64,000 nt of DNA from assembly GCA_019358915.1 (NCBI GenBank), contig JAHHIM010000005.1, forward strand, positions 96,001 through 160,000. The letters run 5' to 3'. Below are positions 52,787 through 61,616 of this stretch, piece after piece. A model generated the notes under the pieces. That model made no database searches and had not been told where the DNA came from. It saw only the letters and a program-made list of their open reading frames with translations. A program made the position numbers and the translations under genes. The stretch is from Trichormus sp. ATA11-4-KO1. Its GTDB lineage: Bacteria; Cyanobacteriota; Cyanobacteriia; Cyanobacteriales; Nostocaceae. How positions within the stretch are numbered: position 1 is the stretch's first letter; each line of letters begins with the position of its first letter.

Positions 52787-53137
52787 GTGAAAAACAAGCC
52801 AAAACCAAGGATCGCTTTGCTTCGTGAGAAAGCAGGGCTAACCCAGCTTGAACTGTCGCGTCTTGTGGGCGTAACTGAAAGCACTATCCAAAACTGGGAA
52901 AGCGGTAGGACTGGGACAGACCATATTGAAAGAATTATTAGGTTTTGCCAAGCCTTGAATTGTCAAGTGGAAGACCTAATTGAGTATATGAGTGAGTCAT
53001 CAAATAAGCCTGTAGCTGAACCAGGTTCATTAAGTGAAATACACCATTTGTTGGGTACTGAGGAGCCAGCCACATCTACTAGTTCTGATAGTTCTGACAC
53101 GAAAATTCCTCAACAACGAAAATCTAAAAGTAGTTGA
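52787..53137 (+). CDS. XRE-family HTH transcriptional regulator
   Basis: LREKAGLTQLELSRLVGVTESTIQNWESG and ALNCQVEDL motifs. Confidence 0.9.
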   Translation: MKNKPKPRIALLREKAGLTQLELSRLVGVTESTIQNWESGRTGTDHIERIIRFCQALNCQVEDLIEYMSESSNKPVAEPGSLSEIHHLLGTEEPATSTSSDSSDTKIPQQRKSKSS

Positions 53138-53193
53138 AGCGAATCTTGAGGAATTTCCATTCTGGGGGATTTAAATTCCCCTATACCTTACCA

Positions 53194-53895
53194 TCAAACA
53201 TTCGTGACTGAAAGCTGACTGTTGATTTTGTCTTGTTGCCATAAAGTATTAACAGTTACAAATTGATAACCTTGTTGTAGTAATTGCGGAATCAATACTT
53301 GTATAGTAGCAGCCACATCTTGTCCACCACAAATGCCATCATGCAAGACAATTAGTGAACCGTTTTGTACTTGTTGGAGAACTCGTTGCATCACAATAGC
53401 AACTCCTGGTCTTACCCAGTCTTCTGGTACAACACTCCACATAACTGGTCGGTAATTCCACTCAAGGAATAACTTTAAGGTCTTGGGGGTAAATAAACCA
53501 TTGGGGGGACGAACATCACGTATTTGTTCGGGTGACAAGTTGCAGGCATTATAGATAGCAACTTGAGTTTTTTCTAGACTATTTTTCAGATCATGTGGGG
53601 AAAGCCGGGGAAAAGAGCGATGATCGTAACCATGTAATCCGATCCAATGTCCGCGATCGCATATTGCTTTGGTAATGTCTGGAGAACGGTTGACGCAAGC
53701 ACCCAAGCAAAAAAAACTAGCCGGAATATTGTAACGGTCTAAAATTGCCAATACTTGGGGTGTGTATTCAGGGTGAGGGCCATCATCAAATGTCAGAGCG
53801 ATCGCTTGAGTATGGCGATCGCCTCCCCAAAGACAGTTGGGAAAACTCGGTTGAAGAATGCGGTAAATCAACGGGAACAGGGGAGCTAGCTGCAT
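53194..53895 (-). CDS. Polysaccharide deacetylase
   Basis: LTFDDGP, HGYDH, RPPNG and VLHD motifs. Confidence 0.92.
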   Translation of the reverse strand: MQLAPLFPLIYRILQPSFPNCLWGGDRHTQAIALTFDDGPHPEYTPQVLAILDRYNIPASFFCLGACVNRSPDITKAICDRGHWIGLHGYDHRSFPRLSPHDLKNSLEKTQVAIYNACNLSPEQIRDVRPPNGLFTPKTLKLFLEWNYRPVMWSVVPEDWVRPGVAIVMQRVLQQVQNGSLIVLHDGICGGQDVAATIQVLIPQLLQQGYQFVTVNTLWQQDKINSQLSVTNV

Positions 53896-54485
53896 TTTGA
53901 GTTTTTTGTCGCTTTTTCTAGTCTAGCGTTTGAGATAAGTGCCTAATCACAATTAATTACACACATTGTTTTTTGTTCCCTGTTCCTTGTACCCACCTAG
54001 AAAGGGAATGATTCGTAATTCTAGAAGTTTGTAGCTGATAATGCTAGTGAATTTTTCTAGAAATACAACACAATGTTTAGTCTAATAAGTATAATTGTTT
54101 TTTAAAATTTAAGTAATATTACATAAAATCTTCACAAATCGAAAATCGTTTGCTTAGTCTATTTCCCCAAAAAATGCTGTGTAATCCTTGTTGAATCTAA
54201 ATTTTAGAGATTTTGTAATTTTACTTTACTATGTAATTTTTCCATAAATCTACGGTTTTCAACTAGCAAAAGGCATAGATTGACCAGTATTCTATGGAAA
54301 TACACTGATGAGTATATTACTTAGTAAAAGTAAATACTAAATATATATTCATTAAGCTAAAACCATGCTGCTGCTAAAAAAGTCAGGAAAATTTCAATTG
54401 TTTTCCTTATTTTTGGTATGTGCGATCGCAGCGAAACACTGAGTTTTCCAATGTTAAAGTTCACAGGTTTTGGGAGAAAATCACA

Positions 54486-55376
54486 ATGAAATCATTGACC
54501 AACTTTTTGTCACATAGTGCATTCGCATTGGTAGGTTTAGGCATAGCCGCAGTTCCTGCTCACGCTATCAATATCACCACTACTAACGACCCTAACGCTT
54601 TAGTTAATCAAATTTTGGGCGGGGGCATCACTGTTTCTAATGTTACATATAATGGCGCACCTGCTGCATCTGGTATTTTCACCAATGGCTTGTCTTCAGG
54701 AATTGGCATAGACAGTGGCATCATTCTGACTACTGGTGATGCTAGCCTAGCAGTTGGGCCAAATAGCCTCCCAAGCTCAGGAGTGGACAACGGTTTACCA
54801 GGAGATACTAACTTAAACAGCTTAATTCCTGGAAGTACTTTTGATGCCACTGTTCTCGAATTTGATTTTATCTCAGAAACAGGCGATCTCTTTTTCAACT
54901 ACGTATTTGCATCAGAAGAATACAACGAATTTACCAATAGTAGTTTTAATGATGTATTTGCTTTCTTCTTGAATGGGGAAAATATTGCCTTAATCCCTGG
55001 AACTACCACACCAGTTTCTATCAATAACGTTAACGGTGGTAACCCATTGGGTGTTGATGCCAGTAATCCTGCATTTTACATCAACAACGACACAGGCGCT
55101 TTCAACATTGAATATGATGGTTTTACCACAGTCTTCACTGCTCAAGCCACAGGACTAGTTGCCGGCAGTACCAATAGAATTAAGTTGGCAATTGCAGATG
55201 TAGGTGATAACGTTCTCGATTCTGCTGTATTTATTCAAGCCAGTACTTTCTCTGGTACACCAACACAACCTGTTCCCGAACCCACCACTATGTTGGGTCT
55301 GTTGGCATTCGGAGCTATTGGTGCTACTACTGCACTGAAGCGCAATCAACAACAGAAAGCTGTTGCTAAAGTGTAA
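54486..55376 (+). CDS. Choice-of-anchor L domain PEP-CTERM protein
   Basis: Signal peptide; GIILTTG, YVFASEEY, FNDVFAFF, EYDGFT and DSAVF motifs; VPEP tail. Confidence 0.88.
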   Translation: MKSLTNFLSHSAFALVGLGIAAVPAHAINITTTNDPNALVNQILGGGITVSNVTYNGAPAASGIFTNGLSSGIGIDSGIILTTGDASLAVGPNSLPSSGVDNGLPGDTNLNSLIPGSTFDATVLEFDFISETGDLFFNYVFASEEYNEFTNSSFNDVFAFFLNGENIALIPGTTTPVSINNVNGGNPLGVDASNPAFYINNDTGAFNIEYDGFTTVFTAQATGLVAGSTNRIKLAIADVGDNVLDSAVFIQASTFSGTPTQPVPEPTTMLGLLAFGAIGATTALKRNQQQKAVAKV

Positions 55377-55874
55377 TATATAACTGATTTATTCAGTAGC
55401 TGCTGTGTTTGCCATTAGCAAGATACGGCAGTTTCTTTATTTTAAGGGGTTCCCAGATCGTAACATGACCTAGCCTAATCTCTCGCTTGAGATGCCATTA
55501 GGCAATGAAAATTGTTACCCAATTAGAGCGATCGCATGACTTATCGGCGAAGTAAATCCCTTTTAGAAAGCACCTTTTCCCAAGGTCTAAGGGTAAGAAA
55601 ATGTAAGTCTGTTCGTTTGTCAGGACGGACATTGCACGTACTAAATTAGTTGCCATTAAGCCCGTTCCATTAGTTGCTGTTCTATCTCTATTAACTCCAA
55701 GTATTTTGCCAATACTTTCATTTCTTTCATGTCTTAAGTTTGATAATTTCGGTTCTCTACCATAAGTAGAAACTTAACCCCAAGCAAAGTAGGGATTCTT
55801 GGGGTTCACTCAATGATTTTTGGGTAAGTTATTGTATAACCTACGACAACAAGGGTGCATTCAGCTACGCCAGA

Positions 55875-56006
55875 GGCGATCGCTTTGCTGATAACGAAAA
55901 TACATCAACTATGGTAAATTATTTCTGAATTGATTCCGCTATCTATTACAAGCGGGATAACTGGAGATTAGGACTCAATTTCCGCAATCTTTCCAATGTA
56001 ACCTAC
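55875..56006 (+). pseudogene. TonB-dependent receptor C-terminal remnant
   Basis: GDRFADNENTSTMVNYF*IDSAIYYKRDNWRLGLNFRNLSNVTY, with an internal stop. Confidence 0.7.
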
Positions 56007-56045
56007 CGAACACCCGTTTGAGATTTATCTTGAGGGTTAATTGCA

Positions 56046-56570
56046 GTGCTAATTCCTCAACTTGACACCCAACGTCTGATTTTACGCGAATTGCGTGCAA
56101 CAGATTTTGATGCTTACGCCCAGATGTGCAATGACCCAGAAGTCATGCGCTACATCGGTACGGGAAAACCCTTATCTCGTTCGGAGTCTTGGCGAAATAT
56201 GGCAATGATAGTTGGTCACTGGCAACTGCGGGGCTATGGCATGTGGGCTGTTGAACAACGCCAAAGTAGTGAAATGATTGGCAGGATTGGCTGCTGGCAA
56301 CCAGAAGGCTGGCCTGGATTTGAAATTGGTTGGAGTCTCCGACGGGCTTATTGGGGACGTGGCTTAGCTACAGAAGGTGCAAAAGCGGCCATAGACTATG
56401 CTTTTCAAGAGTTAAAGCAGTCCCATGTAATTAGTTTGATTCGTCCAGAGAATGTTGCTTCCATACGTGTCGCCCAAAAGTTAGGGGAAAAATTGCAAGG
56501 GACGACGGAAATTTTGGGAAATGAGGTGGTAATTTACGGGATAAGTCGGGAAGATTTGCTAACGATCTAG
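56046..56570 (+). CDS. GNAT (RimJ/RimL-like) N-acetyltransferase
   Basis: TQRLILR, EIGWSL..YWGRGLATE and ENVASIRVAQKLG motifs. Confidence 0.92.
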   Translation: MLIPQLDTQRLILRELRATDFDAYAQMCNDPEVMRYIGTGKPLSRSESWRNMAMIVGHWQLRGYGMWAVEQRQSSEMIGRIGCWQPEGWPGFEIGWSLRRAYWGRGLATEGAKAAIDYAFQELKQSHVISLIRPENVASIRVAQKLGEKLQGTTEILGNEVVIYGISREDLLTI

Positions 56571-56608
56571 GAGTATTGTGTTTAGGGATCGTAGTGTAAT
56601 TTTTCCAT

Positions 56609-57302
56609 ATGCAGACATTCGGCAGCATAACTCCATCATCGGGCTACATTTTAGCACTGGACTTGGGTACAACAGGTAATCGGGCTTTTGTATTTAACGC
56701 CGACGGCGAGATGATCGGGCAAGCATACAAAGAACTAACCCAGTATTATCCTCAACCGGGATGGTTGGAACATGACCCTGAAGAAATTTGGCGCGATACT
56801 TGCTGGGTGATGCAAACCGCCATTAAAAACGCTCAAATTAAACCATCAGCTATTGCGGCATTGGGACTGACTGTGCAGCGAGAAACCTGCTTAATTTGGG
56901 ATAAAACTACCGGCCAGTGTACAACCCCAGCATTTAGTCCGTGCGGTCTTAGAAGCGATCGCCTATCAAGTTTTAGAAGTAGTACAAGCAATCAACGCAT
57001 CTTCTAATATTCCCATGGGACGATTAACCGTAGACGGTGGCGCTTGCGAGAACAATTTTCTCATGCAATTCCAGGCAGACGTATTGGGAATTCCCGTAGA
57101 ACGCCCCATCATGCGCGACACTACCGTACAAGGTGCAGCCTTTGCGGCAGGTTTAGCTGTGGGATTTTGGGATGACCATACAGCATTAGTCAGCCAACGG
57201 CAAATTGACCGTATATTTGCACCTAGTCAAGGAAGACATCAAGCAGCAGCTAATTTTGCCACATGGCAACAGGCAGTTAAGCGGACTCTTGCTTGGGGAT
57301 AG
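56609..57302 (+). pseudogene. glpK: Glycerol kinase with large internal deletion and frameshift
   Basis: N-terminus (ALDLGTT..PGWLEHD..QRET..WDKTTG) joins out of frame near 56912 to VQPQHLVRAVLEAIAYQV..VDGGA..MQFQAD. Confidence 0.9.
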
Positions 57303-57561
57303 GAGGTAGGAGGATAGGGGGACAAGGGCAGGGCTGTTTCATTCGCTTGTGTTGGAGATTTGTCAAGAGGATAATCTCACGCAAAGGCGCAAAGACGCAA
57401 AGAAAAATCAGGTATTTCGGACTGAAGATGCCAAAATTTTTGGTCTTAATTGTGGATTTGCCCTTGCAATTTTAACCCTTTTAGGGAACGAATCAGCCCT
57501 GGGGACAAGGGAACAAGGAGAGATTACTAATATTAAGTTCTTCCCCATCCCCCCATCTTCC

Positions 57562-58542
57562 TCATCCTCCTCGACTTGGCTCTAGCATTAACTTTGAATC
57601 CCAAGTATAGAAGCCGATTTTGTCAGGCACTCTAGAGAATCGCCCTGTCCGATAACCTCGTGATAGTTCATTAAGTACCTTGGTTTTAACTTCTCTAACT
57701 TGTTGATCGTTTAGTTCTCCATAAAGACCGAAGATGATTTCAGCAACACTGAAAACTCTCCCCGAATTTTTTTCTAGGAAAGAGGAAAGGGCATCTATCA
57801 AAAATTGACCCTGAAATTCTTTGAGCATGGGAACTACATTTGGATTCTGGATAGGAAGAGGTTTCTTCTTTTTGGGTTTGCTAGTCTGTGAGTAACCTTT
57901 AGTTTTATTGGAAGTTACCAGACTCAAATCCAGAGTGTAACAACCTGGTTCGTCAGGAATACCCGACCAGGCATTCCTTTCTCTACCCTGTGTCAGCGAG
58001 GATTGGACTCTACCTTTGACTACTTTGAAGATGGGTGGCTCTAGGTCTCCATAAAGCGATCGCACAATAAAATCTATGTGACAGACACTGCCAAGATGTT
58101 CTCGCAAAAGATTTTTAATAGCTTCCATCCGAGTTTGCGGTTGATACTCAGGTAGCATGGGAATGTCTAACACTCTGATTGATTGGTCTTTACTTTCTAG
58201 AGGCTCTTGAACATCTGTAGTTCTAGAAGCCGCATCTTCTATCTCCAAGTCTTCTGAGTCTGGAAGTTGAGACTGGATAGAATCAAGCAAATTGTGCTCA
58301 GAGTGATGAATGTGACCTGTGCTTGATAACAATGAATCTTCTTGAGGAAGAGCGGAAACCTCATGAACTGCATCTGATTGAGCAGACCAGTTAGATAACA
58401 AAGCATCTACATGATCGAGCTGCGATCGCGCCTGTGTATATAAGTTTTTATACTCTTCTACGAGGCGAGCATAGTAGTCTCGTAATTCCAAAAGTGGAGA
58501 GAGGAAAGCTTGAGGAGGTTCTAACTGCAACAAATTTTTCAT
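57562..58542 (-). CDS. Hypothetical protein: N-terminal coiled coil plus two tandem repeated domains (winged-helix-like)
   Basis: Internal repeat PML.E.Q...LYG(D/E)L...VK..V...L..G...PD..G.YT.D occurs twice. Confidence 0.8.
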   Translation of the reverse strand: MKNLLQLEPPQAFLSPLLELRDYYARLVEEYKNLYTQARSQLDHVDALLSNWSAQSDAVHEVSALPQEDSLLSSTGHIHHSEHNLLDSIQSQLPDSEDLEIEDAASRTTDVQEPLESKDQSIRVLDIPMLPEYQPQTRMEAIKNLLREHLGSVCHIDFIVRSLYGDLEPPIFKVVKGRVQSSLTQGRERNAWSGIPDEPGCYTLDLSLVTSNKTKGYSQTSKPKKKKPLPIQNPNVVPMLKEFQGQFLIDALSSFLEKNSGRVFSVAEIIFGLYGELNDQQVREVKTKVLNELSRGYRTGRFSRVPDKIGFYTWDSKLMLEPSRGG

Positions 58543-58553
58543 AATGCTTTAAA

Positions 58554-58799
58554 TCATCCCAAATCGATATCACTTTTGTAAGTCATTGCTCTAGGTTTTG
58601 CTTTTTGAGACGGCTGGTGAGATTTTTTGGGTGGTTGTGGAGGACGGCATTGCTCGCAATATAAAGGACGAGGGCCAAAAGTCTCGCGTTGTGTAGGCTG
58701 ATTGCACTGCTTACAGACAAAATGGAAAATACGAGTATGAATCTGTCTTTTATGAGCCCGGACAGTATATTCCCTAACTTCAATGAACTTACTAGGCAT
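58554..58799 (-). CDS. Small Zn-finger (CxxC..CxxC) hypothetical protein
   Basis: CKQC and CEQC motifs; basic; ends 11 nt before the 326-aa gene. Confidence 0.8.
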   Translation of the reverse strand: MPSKFIEVREYTVRAHKRQIHTRIFHFVCKQCNQPTQRETFGPRPLYCEQCRPPQPPKKSHQPSQKAKPRAMTYKSDIDLG

Positions 58800-58948
58800 A
58801 ATCCAAAATAGTGAATTGCAATCCTATCAATATAGCTATTCAAGCAAATGAAATGGGATCAGTGTGTGTTTAATTGTAAGTTTTATGCAAATCAGTGATC
58901 TTACATGAGGCTAACTTAGAGGTAACTTATTGGTTACCCACGTGAGAT

Positions 58949-59095
58949 AGACATAATTCATTATCAACATTTAAGTACCAATTATGTCTATATAGATTAG
59001 GACTGCTATTGGATTTTTGAAAAAATCAGTATACATCTATTCCCTGTTTATTACCTACGTACGTAATTTCATATATCAAATCGAATTGCTATATA
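58949..59095. repeat. Adjacent MITE-like inverted-repeat remnants
   Basis: TAGACATAATT..AATTATGTCTA, then ctattggatttttgaa..ttcatatatcaaatcgaattgctata. Confidence 0.5.
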
Positions 59096-59352
59096 TCCAG
59101 GGTATTAAATTTAAAAATTATAGATGGGTGATATTCGGAAATGTCTTCATAAAACATTTATGACAAATTGGCTGGAGTATGCGTGTTACACTTCATAGCA
59201 AAGTGTTGAGTGCGGCTCGACTGACTTGTACTGAGCCTTGTCGAAGTAGCTTCGCCGAACGTCTGAGTATAAACCCAAAGAAGAGATGGGGGAGTGTGGG
59301 AGTATTTTTTTCCTTGTCCCCTTTTCCCCCCATTCCCCTCTGCTTCCTGAAA

Positions 59353-59740
59353 TTAGTAGCCAAAGTCCTCACCCATACCACCACCAGGTGTAGCCGCAGC
59401 CACATTAGTTGGCGTTTTCTAGTTTCAGGCCAGCTTCTTCGGTGATTAATTGCCCACCTGTGAGGCTAGCTATATCTTCCAACATTGCTTTGCGGCGATC
59501 GCCAAAACCTGGCGCTTTAACTGCTGCTACATTCAGCACACCGCGTAGGCGGTTAACTACTAAAGTTGCCAAAGCTTCTTTTTCAATATCTTCAGCAATA
59601 ATCAACTGTGGTTTGCCAAAACGAGCTACCTGTTCTAGGACTGAGACTAAATCTTGTACCAAAGTGATTTTCTTGTCGGTCAGCAGAATATAAGGCTCCT
59701 CTAGAATTACCTCCATTCGCTCTGGATCGGTAACGAATAT
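59353..59740 (-). pseudogene. groEL: groEL remnant (apical-domain segment plus out-of-frame C-terminal tail)
   Basis: [31 protein letters not shown], followed in another frame by NVAAATPGGGMGEDFGY*. Confidence 0.9.
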
Positions 59741-59871
59741 ACAGCCCAAAGTTTTAACCACTAGCCATCAACTTCTTGTACCACCACTAATGCTAGATTA
59801 AGACCAAGACTATTTTCAAGTGTTAGTGAAGTTCAGTATGACAAAGCCAAGCATTTGCAGAGATTTTATCC

Positions 59872-60060
59872 TTAACTGAAATTCACAAACCAAGCTTTGA
59901 CACAAAATCTACCGCTACCACGTTCATCGTTTTGAATGTTGACAAAAAGTTCTAACTTTGTGCGATAAACTAAATGTAATATCACAGACTTTATATAATC
60001 GCTGAAGTCCTGAATTTGATGATTTGTGTTTTTGTAGAAACAAAAAAAATTGTTATTCAT
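59872..60060 (-). CDS. Candidate PatS-like RGSGR-containing small protein (62 aa)
   Basis: Encodes LFVNIQNDERGSGR; ATG lies 9 nt after the stop of the upstream gene. Confidence 0.55.
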   Translation of the reverse strand: MNNNFFCFYKNTNHQIQDFSDYIKSVILHLVYRTKLELFVNIQNDERGSGRFCVKAWFVNFS

Positions 60061-60069
60061 CTGCTGAAT

Positions 60070-60381
60070 TTAAAAGTCTCGTTCTTTGGGTTTACCGGCT
60101 GAGGTAGTAAAGTCAAAAATTGAATTTTTCAAAGATATATATTCTTGAGAACTAATATGGCAATTTTTATATGATTCATCTAAAAAATGAATGAGCACCA
60201 AACTCGCAGACTCCAACTTTACCCTTTTCCTCGCTGCCCTTATAGCCTGAACGAACCTAGGATAAATATGATTATTACTAATTCCTATTTGCCCATCTGG
60301 CATCCAACACTTAAATACATAACCTTCAGACAATGGTGTTAATTCAATTAACCAGCCATGATATGCATCTTGCCATTTCAT
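60070..60381 (-). CDS. Hypothetical protein
   Basis: 103-aa ORF (YHGWLIEL..GYVFKCW..YPRFVQAIRAA) with GAGGAGG upstream. Confidence 0.75.
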   Translation of the reverse strand: MKWQDAYHGWLIELTPLSEGYVFKCWMPDGQIGISNNHIYPRFVQAIRAARKRVKLESASLVLIHFLDESYKNCHISSQEYISLKNSIFDFTTSAGKPKERDF

Positions 60382-60448
60382 CTACAATTTGCCTTTACTT
60401 TACCTCCTCATGTGTATACAAGAGGATATAACGTATACATGCAATCAC

Positions 60449-60478
60449 TGTGCAGAATTTGTGCAGAATTTGTGCAGA
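60449..60478. promoter_or_regulatory. Triple 11-bp direct repeat, candidate OmpR-family binding site
   Basis: TGTGCAGAATT TGTGCAGAATT TGTGCAGA, upstream of the 60381 gene. Confidence 0.6.
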
Positions 60479-60530
60479 TGCAATAGGGGGACTCAGCAAA
60501 ACCGTCATTTCATCCAAAGTTGGATGATTC

Positions 60531-61223
60531 TTATTTGAGGCGATAACCTAGTCCGTGAACCGTTTCAATGAAATTTTCTGGCGCACCTAAAGCTTTCAGT
60601 TTTTGCCTAAGACATCTAATATGAGACCTGACAGTCTCCTCAACTGGGGAGTCATCTACTGGCCAAACCTGCTCAATAATACTAGAACGACTCAAAACCC
60701 TTCTGCCATTAGCAACCAGTAATTCCAAAATGGCATATTCCTTGGGAGTTAATGACAGAGGATAACCATTATAAGTCGCCTCATAGGTACTGGGATTTAA
60801 GTGTAGTTTGTCCCAAGATAAACTGATTGTAGTTGCAGAACCACCCCGTCTGAGTAAAGCACGTATACGAGCCATTAACTCTTCTAGGTCAAATGGCTTG
60901 GCTACATAATCATCTGCGCCTGCATCTAACCCAGCAATCTTATCAGCCACAGTATCACGGGCTGTTAACATTAACACTGGTGCGCCAGAGTTCCGATGTG
61001 CGGGATTAATGGCGCCAGTATTACGCAAGCGTTGACAAAATCTAATCCCATCGAGTCTTGGTAGTGTCACATCTAACACCACTAAGTCATACTTCATTGA
61101 TTCGGCTGAGTTCCAAGCTGCTTCTCCATCTTTAGCAACATCTACTACATACTGGCGTCTGCTTAAAGCTTCCGTCAGTACCTCTGCTAGTTGACTATCA
61201 TCTTCTACTACAAGAATTCGCAT
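60531..61223 (-). CDS. OmpR-family response regulator
   Basis: ILVVEDD, LDVTLP, LTARD, GADDYVAKPF, LTPKE and ETVHGLGY motifs. Confidence 0.95.
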   Translation of the reverse strand: MRILVVEDDSQLAEVLTEALSRRQYVVDVAKDGEAAWNSAESMKYDLVVLDVTLPRLDGIRFCQRLRNTGAINPAHRNSGAPVLMLTARDTVADKIAGLDAGADDYVAKPFDLEELMARIRALLRRGGSATTISLSWDKLHLNPSTYEATYNGYPLSLTPKEYAILELLVANGRRVLSRSSIIEQVWPVDDSPVEETVRSHIRCLRQKLKALGAPENFIETVHGLGYRLK

Positions 61224-61239
61224 AATATATTCTTTGTTT

Positions 61240-61436
61240 ATACCAATTTTATGTGAGGTTGCGCTTTATTAGCTCACAGGTTGAAGCCTGGAGCGACCGA
61301 AACGTAGCCTTGATTGGCAGGCTAATTATATATAGCGATCCGATTTGATTCACAAACTATTCGTAGAAGCAGGGAACAGAGAATAGATTGGTTTACAACT
61401 CATTTATAATAGCTATATCTTCATCAAAATTGGTAT
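61240..61436. repeat. Nested MITE-like inverted-repeat elements in the divergent TCS promoter region
   Basis: Outer ATACCAATTTT..AAAATTGGTAT; inner tatagcgatccgatttgatt..aactcatttataatagctata. Confidence 0.55.
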
Positions 61437-61616
61437 TAGCATTTGAATTTAAGCAGATAGACATAATTAAATGTAAAATAAATTTTTGTTCGTAATGGGC
61501 GATTTATCGCTTTTTTACAAGTTTTTGAAGGGCTAGAGCCGCTGACTACAAACTTTTATTTTAATCAATCTTACTATTTACTTGAATTAAATTCATTTTT
61601 TCTGAATCAAAAATTT

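Noticed and set aside
59179..59445. 88-aa and 70-aa ORFs
   Set aside because: They are alternative frames over the groEL tail and dispersed repeats.
60008..60013. DIF1 heterocyst promoter motif for the RGSGR ORF
   Set aside because: It is only a one-mismatch hexamer (TCCTGA) inside the ORF with no convincing downstream element.
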